A stretch of 62,897 bases of DNA, the filler included, from Octopus bimaculoides (Eukaryota), in the NCBI RefSeq assembly GCF_001194135.2. It is 6 parts of 6 records of this genome, joined end to end, with 100 filler letters (N's around TTAATTAATTAA, not from the genome) between each part and the next. Parts side by side here need not be neighbours in the genome. Positions count along the whole stretch, not along the records: positions 1 to 30,501 come from NC_068997.1; positions 30,602 to 52,496 come from NC_068986.1; 4 more parts are not named here. One strand, given 5' to 3'. This document shows, piece after piece, positions 27,615 through 36,689 of this stretch. The notes below the pieces were generated by a model. That model saw nothing but the letters and a program-made list of their open reading frames with translations. It ran no database searches and had not been told where the DNA came from. The translations under genes were made by a program, and so were the position numbers. Numbering within the stretch: the first letter of the stretch is position 1; each line of letters opens with the position of its first letter.

Positions 27615-27876
27615 GTGAGGTTTTTACATTTATCTTGATAATTGATGGAAGCTTGATTTTACTTGGCAGTCTGATGTAATTTATAGAATAACTTGTAATG
27701 TGATGTGTAAAATATTGTCTGATAAGGTGTTTTTGTTGCATTTATTGTTTCATTATGTAAATATCTTTTTCTAAAATTATAGCTCTCTCTAGTCATTATG
27801 TAGGCTTTTTTTTTCTTCTATGTTTTCCTAAGTTTCATTTTGAACCGAACTTACCTTTTCTCATTGCTTCTGACAG

Positions 27877-27924
27877 GCCGTGAAAGACGATTAAGTGGGA
27901 GTAGACTTTCGACACTACAAAAGC
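27877..27924 (+). CDS. CLASP: CLASP exon: GRERRLSGSRLSTLQK
   Basis: ctgacAG / GTAAGT. 48 nt, phase 1-1, open frame. Confidence 0.75.
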
Positions 27925-28516
27925 GTAAGTTTTTTTCCTTGTCTGAACATCAGTTGAAATGAAATCTCTTACTGAATCAGTTTCAAGTATGTAAAGGGAT
28001 GCTTTATAAGATTGTACTTTCAAAACTGTTGAAAGAAGAGCTTTGTTTAGTAACAGCTACATAATTATTGGTCTCTGTTCCTTACAGGTGGCTGGCCCTG
28101 GGTCATATTTACACTGTCTCCCCTCTTCCTTGCCATTCATTCTTTTCTCCTCTTTCTATCACATGTACTATTAACCCCATCCTCTGATGCAAGACAACTA
28201 CTGTGCACAGTCCTTCTTCCCTAAAGTGTTATCCTTCTGGAATTCTCTCTCTGCACATGTCTCTTCTTCAAAATGTTAATATCTCTGGTCTCAGAAACCT
28301 GCACCTTCCTCCAGATTTAGTTTGGAAAATTATTAAAGGGGATGTTTTGTCTTAAGAAAATAAAGTGAAACGAACCATTGCACTGTACAAAATCTGTAAA
28401 CTAATCCCTACATCGGTGGTGTTAGTGTGATTATTGGGAGTTACAATCTAAAAATATTATAGTAAACAGGATGACTGCATTGTGGAGTGGGTGGATAGTA
28501 GTAAAAAAAAAAAAAA

Positions 28517-28838
28517 ATGTGTTAGTGTCCAAAGTCACCAAAAGATGGATGTCAGTACTGTTTATAAAATCAAACCAAGAAAGCATGACTTACCTGCCAG
28601 TGAGTGACTGTAGAATTGAAATCAAAATGGCCGTGTTGTAGAATTTATGCTAAAAGGTCATGTGACAATTACCCAGAAGTACTTCTGGGTCACATGACCT
28701 TTTAGTATAAATTCTACAACACGGCCATTTTGATTTCAATTCTACAATCACTCACTGGCAGGTAAGTCATGCTTTCTTGCTTTGATTTTATAAACAGTGT
28801 TGACATCCATCTTTTAGTGACTTTGTACACTAACACAT
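28517..28838. repeat. Long palindrome, ~158-bp arms, no loop (centre AGAAGT|ACTTCT)
   Basis: Arms are reverse complements apart from a handful of substitutions and a 6-nt bulge in the left arm. Confidence 0.95.
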
Positions 28839-29559
28839 CTTTTTTACTTTTGTCTACTTATTCCATAACGTTTTGACCTTGTTTACTATAATACTATAAT
28901 ATTTTTAGATTGTAATTCTTAATAATTGTATTGATACCATTAGTGTATGGATTAGTTTACAGATTTTGTCTCTTCATATATATTTTTATTTCTCATGTTT
29001 ATGTTTATTCTTTGAATGATTTTAGGTATTTTCTTAGGGATTTGTCCCGAACAGTGACTGATTTGGGGAGTAAAATCATTTCCCCGTTCTAATGAACTCG
29101 GATAGAATTTGCTTATGATTTTATATAGTCCTATTTCAACCATGAAACGCGCATAGTCTATGTACTAGCACTAACTTCTATACATTTATACTTCCGTACT
29201 GTATATTATTGTATTAATTATTTCTGTCCAAATTATAAATTTGACTTTTAAATTTTTTAAATTAATATTTCTATGATTTATTTATGTAATATATTATTTA
29301 ATTTAAAGTTTAGATTAAAATTTTAGATATAATAAGATGGTATAAGCCTCACAGCATGGATTTGGACGGGTTCTGAGTTGTAGAGTGGTGGTTCGTCTCT
29401 AAATTAGTTATATACATATATATTATATATCAGGAAACCTGGTGTAATATTATACCGATTTTTGCCTGTAAGGTTGGAATAAATTTTTTATTTCCTAATA
29501 TTATTACTATATATATGTGGGATTTTCGAGCGGGATCGTTGCTGGTGCGCCTGGACTGG

Positions 29560-29820
29560 CTCTTGTGTGGGTGATACATGAGGTTTCTCGAGCGAGATGA
29601 GCGTGGCCGTTGCCAGTACCGCCTGACTGGCCTTCGTGCGGGTGACACGTAAAAGCACCCACTACACTCTGAGTGGTTGGCGTTAGGAAGGGCATCCAGC
29701 TGTAGAAACACTGCCAAATCAGATTGGAGCCTGGTGTAGCCATCTGGTTTCACCAGTCTTCAGTCAAATTGTCCAACCCATGCTAGCATGGAAAGCGGAC
29801 GTTAAATGACGACGACAACG
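29560..29820 (+). mobile_element. Copy of the (GAT)n-tailed SINE family
   Basis: Near-identical to the inverted copy at 61878-62150. Confidence 0.85.
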
Positions 29821-30073
29821 GTGTGTGTGGTTGTTTTTTTTACCTTGAGTTCATCTGTATTTCTATATTTCTGTAATGTGTAGTTCTACAACCAAGGGAA
29901 TTTGTTCATAATGCCTGTTTTGATAACATATTGTTATGCTCTGAAGTATAATGTGATTGTGGGACAGGTAACTCTAATCAATATCCAGAGAGTAATACGG
30001 CCTATAAAGATGTTGTTTTTGAGTTCAATATGTGAGACAGTTTTTGAAAGACTCAAATTTTTCCAATTTCTAG

Positions 30074-30141
30074 CCAATGTGATAACCCAAAGAGTGCTTA
30101 GACCCGGCTCTGATTCAGAAGCTGCTATAGCAGATGCTTTG
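30074..30141 (+). CDS. CLASP: CLASP exon: PNVITQRVLRPGSDSEAAIADAL (last CLASP exon found; gene continues elsewhere)
   Basis: tttctAG / GTGAGT. Matches CLASP RVLxxGSDVEEAVADAL. Ends in phase 0. Confidence 0.93.
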
Positions 30142-30231
30142 GTGAGTTATTCATTTTTTTTATCAAACTGGAAAATTTTTAAACAAAATTTTCCGTTTTT
30201 TTTTTTTAAATTCTTTCATTCTTTTAATTGT

Positions 30232-30392
30232 TTCAGTCATTTGACTGTGGCCAAGCTGGGGCACTGCCTTTAGTTGAGCAAATCAACCCCAGGAGTTATT
30301 CTTTGTAAGCCTAGTACTTATTCTATTGGTCTCTTTTGCCGAACTGCTAAGTTACGGAGATGTAAACACACCAGCATTGGTTGTCAAGCGAA
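30232..30392 (-). mobile_element. SINE fragment, second family
   Basis: Reverse complement matches 53325-53542 (gtgtttacgtccccgtaac..gcaaaa..ataagtacta..cctggggtcgatt..cagtc..atgactgaaa). Confidence 0.75.
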
Positions 30393-30501
30393 GGTTTTCT
30401 TATTCATAAGCTCTTAATCTTTATATTTCGCACTGTTGCTTCCAGGAGGCTTCATAAATAATTTTTCTCCTAAGCTTTCAGTAAAACAAATTTGAAAATG
30501 A

Positions 30502-30601
30502 NNNNNNNNNNNNNNNNNNNNNNNNNNNNNNNNNNNNNNNNNNNNTTAATTAATTAANNNNNNNNNNNNNNNNNNNNNNNNNNNNNNNNNNNNNNNNNNN
30601 N
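30502..30601. other. Artificial scaffold linker N44-TTAATTAATTAA-N44 (also 52497-52596, 54201-54300, 58910-59009, 61067-61166)
   Basis: Identical 100-nt design five times; the 12-mer puts stop codons in all six frames. Confidence 0.95.
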
Positions 30602-30714
30602 CATTTATAAGTGAAATTTAGTGTCCAGAAATTGTGCCGAAACCAGCCAGATATTTGTTTTTATGCACACTTACTCATAAATAAATAGATATTGATGTAG
30701 ATATGGATATATAA

Positions 30715-30945
30715 TTCTTTATTGCCCACAAGGGGCTAAACATAGAGGGGACAAACAAGGACAGACAAAGGGATTAAGTCGATTACATCGACCCCAGTGC
30801 GTAACTGGTACTTATTTAATCGACCCCGAAAGGATGAAAGGCAAAGTCGACCTCAGCGGAATTTTAACTCAGAACGTAACGGCGGACGAAATACCGCTAA
30901 GCATTTCGCCCGGCGTACTAACGATTCTGCCAGCTCGCCGCCTTG
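30715..30945 (-). mobile_element. SINE, main family (ggcggcgagctggcagaa..gtcgactttgcctttcatcctttcggggtcg), tail type A
   Basis: Near-identical to 54935-55180 and 45807-46003. Further partial copies at ~31810-31937, 36160-36330, 43660-43900 and 54770-54935. Confidence 0.88.
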
Positions 30946-31935
30946 ATGTAGATATGGATATAGATATACATACATATATGCATACAGGCATACATACATA
31001 CGCACAAGCGAATGAAAGTAACCATGGACACATTTACTTTGAGTTAGGTGTATTAAATAATTTAACTTAGCTCTACACTATTCAAAATTTCTTAGGCATA
31101 CAATACAACCGTATTCTCAGATGTATGAAATGGAACTGAAGAGATTTTTAAAATTCAAAAGAAATTTATAAATAGCTCAGGTTGAGAATATTTGACCTTC
31201 CATTAGTCCTTTGAAGTTAGGTGCATATTTTAGTCTAGCTGCGACAGCAATTCATTCTCCTATCAGTTTGCGTGTCAAGCACGACTGCATGGTATAAGCA
31301 ATAGTAATAGTACGCAGAAGGGGAAAATGATTCCATTGTAAGCCAACAGAAAATATATACCGTTCAACTGTGAATGGGTGGCTGACATCAATATCAGATG
31401 GAGCAAATATGGAATGAATTGTGGTCACTGTTTGACAAAGTATTCACGTGACCTGAACTGAACAATGGAGGCCCAAATATTTTTTCCTATAAGCGATTTC
31501 TAATTTTTCCTTCTGTATTCTCTTCACACCGACTCCGCACTTATGAGTCGGCATGACTCGAGAAGGTAACTTTTTTTTTTCACCTAAAGTAGTCATAGAT
31601 ATCACTAGAATGTGGGATACTCACTCGACCAGGGTTGATCTGAGACTAAACATCAACAATAATAATAACGAGAATGACAACAGTAATAGCAATGATACAT
31701 TTGCTTTAGAATGTCTTAATTTTCAAATATTCCACACTCTAAAATTTGTATTACAACAAATGAATTTTCCTCTTTCTTTAGTTGTTGTGTAATGATGATG
31801 ATAATAATCCTTTGTACTTCGGAACGACGAAAGGTAAAGTCGACCTCGGCGGAATTTGAACTCAGAACATAGCAACGGGCGAAATACCGCCCAGCATTTC
31901 GTCCAATGCGTTAACAATTCTGTCACCTCGTCGCC

Positions 31936-31936
<1 letters not shown>

Positions 31937-31981
<45 letters not shown>

Positions 31982-32022
31982 TAGTAATAATAATAATAAT
32001 AAAAATAGTAATAATAATAATA

Positions 32023-32060
<38 letters not shown>
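31937..32060. repeat. (AAT)n microsatellite; another at ~32605-32675
   Basis: Direct reading. Confidence 0.95.
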
Positions 32061-32061
32061 T

Positions 32062-32345
32062 GAAGATTAAAACAATACCTATTGTCATAGGTGCCCTGGG
32101 AATGACAGCGAAATGGGAACTGTCCATAACCTACGTAAAATACTGTTTATGTGATCTCAAATTTTAAAACAAACACAATTTTCTTATGGTTTCTTAAACA
32201 TTCTCTAGAACAACACTATGTAGAAATCCAAATATATGGTACCCTAGGCATAACACCTACATGAACTTCTAACTTGTTGTCTCTTGAGGTCTCTGGGTGA
32301 GACTTGGATCCAACTTGTACAAATGCAAAGCAAAAGTCAAACATA
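32062..32345 (+). mobile_element. 3' end of an R4/Dong-like (RLE-type) non-LTR element within (AAT)n
   Basis: KTIPIVIGALGM motif; (AAT)n on both sides. Confidence 0.65.
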
Positions 32346-32369
32346 AAATAATAATAATAATAATAATAT

Positions 32370-32520
32370 GGACGTTATACCAATAGTGATTGGTGCGTTT
32401 GGAAGTATCAGCACTCAACTACCAAATTAGTTCAAAAAGATGGGTAGAAATGTAAAGATAGAATACCTACAAAAATCATTATTGCTTGGAACTACAATGT
32501 TCTTCAAGCATGATCAGTAA
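32370..32520 (+). mobile_element. Second R4/Dong-like C-terminal fragment
   Basis: DVIPIVIGAFGS..EYLQKSLLLGT resembles IPIVIGALG..LQKxALLGT. Confidence 0.6.
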
Positions 32521-32616
32521 ACAAGTGTTACCTTAGTCTATTGGCTGTAAACACTAGCACTTTCCATCACATCCTGTAAAATAAACAGAGTTTTTATCAA
32601 AATAATATTAATAATG

Positions 32617-32676
<60 letters not shown>

Positions 32677-33466
32677 GAAGAAGAAACAAAGAAAGAACGA
32701 AAGAAAAAAGAGAGAAAGAAAGAACGAAAGAAAAAAGAAAAAAGAAAGAAAAAGAAATAAAGAAAGTCAGCATCAGGAGAAAGTTTTTCAAACTTTATTG
32801 CTGAAATGTATGTACTCACCCACTCGTGCTCATACATTATGCGCACATTTGGGTGGGTGTGTGTATGTGTGCGTGTGTGTGTGTAGATGTGTGCATTCAT
32901 TACATTTCATTGTATTAGTAATTATAGTAAGTAAAAAGAACTGTTTTAAATTTGCAATAAGATCACAGTTAACAACCATGCCAGTTGCCCTAAAAAGAGC
33001 GATAAATAACCGTAGAAAGAAGAGATCGTCAGACAAAATACCTTGTTATTATCTTTCTACGGTAGATAGAAGATATACCAGTAAGGTACTAGAGCCCATG
33101 AAATCGACTACGTCTCTTGCTACAAAGTGTTAGAAATTAGGTGAAATTAATAAGAGCAGTAACTTTGTACAATTTTATTTACTCACTTTTACATTCTGAG
33201 TTCAAAATCTACAGAGGATGACTTTATATTTTTTCTTCCGGGTTCAATGAAATAAAGTGCCAGTAAAGAAAAAAAAAAAAAAAAAAAAAAAAAAGAAAGA
33301 AAAAGGAAAGAAAGAAAAATTGGGCTTGTGCCTATGTAAGAAATTCTTAAATTAAACTATTTTCTCTCTTCTTTTTGTTTTTCAGGTTTGTCTCGTTTCG
33401 AAATACATCTTTTCGCTCTCGCTCTCTCTTTTGACTGTGCTGAAAATTCACCAATCCTGCCAAGCA

Positions 33467-34129
33467 ATGGTGGGACATAAGAATTACAGTTCCTTGTTAT
33501 TTGCTTTGTTTCTTACTCTCTCTATCCAAATTTGCCGCAGCTATAATAGCGGAAGTTACAACAGCAGGCAGCTTCTATCATTGCATAATCATGAAGAAGC
33601 TAAAGAACTCAACAAAGACAGACTACTTACCATGGAAAAAGCGCTCAAGTCTGGCATCATTGGAAGGAGTCTAACTACCAAACGCGGTTTCGGAGATAAA
33701 CGAGATGGGAATATTCGACCCATTTTATTAGAAACTAGAGGATTCGGTGACAAACGTTTAGCTGAAATAAGCTACGAGAGAGAAGGATCACCTGAAATAC
33801 AAGGAATTGAACTCTTCGCTCGCGGATTTGGAGATAAAAGAGGGCTTGATGATAATCAATTACTGGAAAAATCAATTTTTTCTAACCCTGACTACCTTGA
33901 ACTTTTAGACAGAAGTATCGATGACAAAAGGGGATTTGGTGATAAAAGAGGATTTGGTGATAAAAGAGGATTTGGTGACAAACGATTCATGGTTGTTGGG
34001 AGAGGCTTTGGTGACAAACGTGGATTTGGAGATAAACGTGGATTTGGTGACAAGAGAGGCTTTGGTGATAAACGTGGCTTTGGTGATAAACGGGGTTTTG
34101 GAGACAAGCGTGGATTTGGTGACAAATAA
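33467..34129 (+). CDS. Achatin-family neuropeptide precursor (GFGD / octopus cardioactive peptide Ocp-1/2), 220 aa
   Basis: ATG at 33467 inside an exon starting at the acceptor tttttcAG|33386. Hydrophobic signal-like segment (SSLLFALFLTLSIQIC). 13 GFGD copies flanked by KR or R convertase sites; ends GFGDK-stop. GFGD is the known octopus achatin-type tetrapeptide. Confidence 0.93.
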   Translation: MVGHKNYSSLLFALFLTLSIQICRSYNSGSYNSRQLLSLHNHEEAKELNKDRLLTMEKALKSGIIGRSLTTKRGFGDKRDGNIRPILLETRGFGDKRLAEISYEREGSPEIQGIELFARGFGDKRGLDDNQLLEKSIFSNPDYLELLDRSIDDKRGFGDKRGFGDKRGFGDKRFMVVGRGFGDKRGFGDKRGFGDKRGFGDKRGFGDKRGFGDKRGFGDK

Positions 34130-36689
34130 ATTAGATTGCTTTTCTGGACAGACATTAAAATTTTAACTTTTAGATGTTTACTTTGAGGCATAAATGTATG
34201 ACTATATATAATTATGTTTCTTACGAAAAACTAAAAATAAAAATATATGTCCATGAAAATATAAACTGAACAATAAAACAAAAGAAAAATAAATTTGATA
34301 CAACTGGATTTCAGTTCTCTTTTTTTAAATAAGAAAAAGCAATCCGCTGACTATCTGCTAAGCATTGGCTAGCAGTAGAAAAGACCTAAATAGAATGGTT
34401 GCTTGCTTTAAAAAGGAGATACGAAAATATCAACATAAAATGTAAGATATGTCACGATCTCAGAAATCTAAAGAAAAAAAAAGATGCTTTTTTGTTTTTT
34501 ATTGATTAAAAAAAATTATAAAAACACAGGCTGGAATAATGTTTCTATGAAACCAGTTTCATTGTTAATAAACAGATAACTTTTGCAAAAAAAAAAAACT
34601 GTGTTGTTGGTTAATTTATGTTAATTTTCTTTTTATCTGGACAAGGAAGTTAATGAGATAATTAATGACGATGTTTTAATAGCAATTTATCTTCTGTAAT
34701 AATAGGATCTTGCTAGGGCATCAGTGCTTCAAAGATGTATGCATCAGAAGTCCATATTACAAAGTAGGTATTAACATGTTTATTGTGATCATAAAAGTGT
34801 TATCTCCTTAATTATATCGAAAATATCCAGAAAAATAAAAATAAAATTCAACTGTTGTGCTATTGCATGTTCCTGGCAAATCATCACAATCTGATTCTTA
34901 TTCCAGGCTGGAATACCGCCATTTATATTACTAATAATCTTCTGAAAGTTATGAACACAAAAACATCACGTTTTCTATCTCATAAAATCTATATGCCTCA
35001 TGCTCCGTTAGGAAGTATTTGTTACATAGGCAATTATAGGTGACATGTGATGGTATAAATTCTCGATTAACTGAGTCTGCAAATCATTTTAAATTTGAAT
35101 TTCATTATTTCACTTATGTTTCAAATAATCTCGGTAAATACATGAACATCATTGCCCATTACAGGTGTCAAAACAAATGTTTTTTTCCCCAAAATTATCT
35201 TAGATAAACTTGATACTGTATAGCTAAGCTTAATTATTTTAAAGTCTCAGAGAACTCGTTTTGTTTCATTCTCCTTTCTGTCTTTTACTTCATTTCTTAC
35301 TATATTTTCTTTGATATTTTAAATAAAAAACAAACAAAATAACAACAACAACAACAACAAAACAAAACAAATTAAGTTAAAGGTTCTTGTGTCAGTAGAT
35401 AGAATAATTTTACATTAACAGATGCACCCAGACCACAATCTATAAGATATATTTTTGAAATTCAAAATGATTAATGACAAATAGAAGCTATTGAACCAAT
35501 TTCACAGCAAGGTTTCAGTTTCCTGTTGGAATAATTTTACTTAACCTACTCCGTTAGAGCAGTTACTAAGCAACTGTACATTTGTATATTTGATTATTCT
35601 CTCCAATGATCCTAAAACCTAGAGCATAACTAGAGAATCGGATTTGATGATGATTAAATGATATCAATTTTTCGCGCGTGTAGGGTCACAGATGTATTGA
35701 AGAGTGATGTAGTGGACTGATTCGGCTGTGTTTATATCATCTGTAAGGGTGTAAATGGGAAATCAAATATCGATCGCGTTTTAATTCAGAACAAGAGTGT
35801 TAATACTATTCAGTATTTAATCAAGCGTCATATAAGACTGAAAGGTTATCAAGATGATGATAATAATTGCTTTTAATCTAAGTACAAGGCCAGCAATTTT
35901 GAGAGGAGGGAAAATGTCAATACTATCGATCACCGTACGTGATTGGTATTTAATTTCATCACTCCGAAAAGAAGAAAATTAAAGTTGATCTCGGTGGTAT
36001 TTGATTTCAGAATGTAAAAACCAGAGGAAATATCGCAAAACATTTTTCCGATGCTGTAATGATTCAGAAAAGACACCACATTGACAACAATAACAACCAC
36101 AACAATATTAGTAATAATAATTCTTTCTAATTTTCTCACAAAACCATTATGTTTGAAAGAAAGCAAGTTGATTACATTGATTCCAGTACTTAACTGGTAT
36201 CTATTTTATCGATCCCAAAAGGATGGAAGACAAAGTCGATCTTGGTGAGATTTGAACTCAGAACGTTAAGAGCTGGAAGAATTCCGCATAGCATTTTTGT
36301 TCGACGCGTCAACGTTTCTGCCGTCTCGCAACTTTGATATTACTACCAGCAACAGCAACAACAACAACAACAACAAAACTAATAATAATGGCGCTTGGTC
36401 CCAAAATCTACCCATAAAATGTTGGTTAATTCATCCTTAAATTTAATAAAAACATTATAAATTCTTTAACAACGTATATAATGGGTCTTTTTAAAATAAT
36501 ATCACTTCTATAGTAGTAGGAGCTTGCTAGGATATGTCTTGAAGCTGTAAAGAGCAGAAATCCATTTTAATAAGCAGATATTCACATGTTCGTTGTGGAG
36601 ATCAGATTATTGATGAAACATCATAACTCACTGCGAGTTAAAAATGAAAATAAAATAATAATAACAACAACAATAATAATAATAATAAT

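Noticed and set aside
1-30141. U4atac snRNA, which lies in an intron of human CLASP1
   Set aside because: I saw no U4atac-like sequence on either strand by eye; an Infernal search would be needed to exclude it.
32538-32900. Low-complexity ORFs (poly-I, poly-L, poly-Y, HT/VC repeats), also 31936-32127, 52294-52552 and 60472-60899
   Set aside because: Translations of microsatellites.
33892-34191. Antisense ORF with LSPKPR/LSPNPR repeats (and the +1 frame ORF 33921-34166)
   Set aside because: Shadow frames of the GFGDKR array; no independent evidence of coding.
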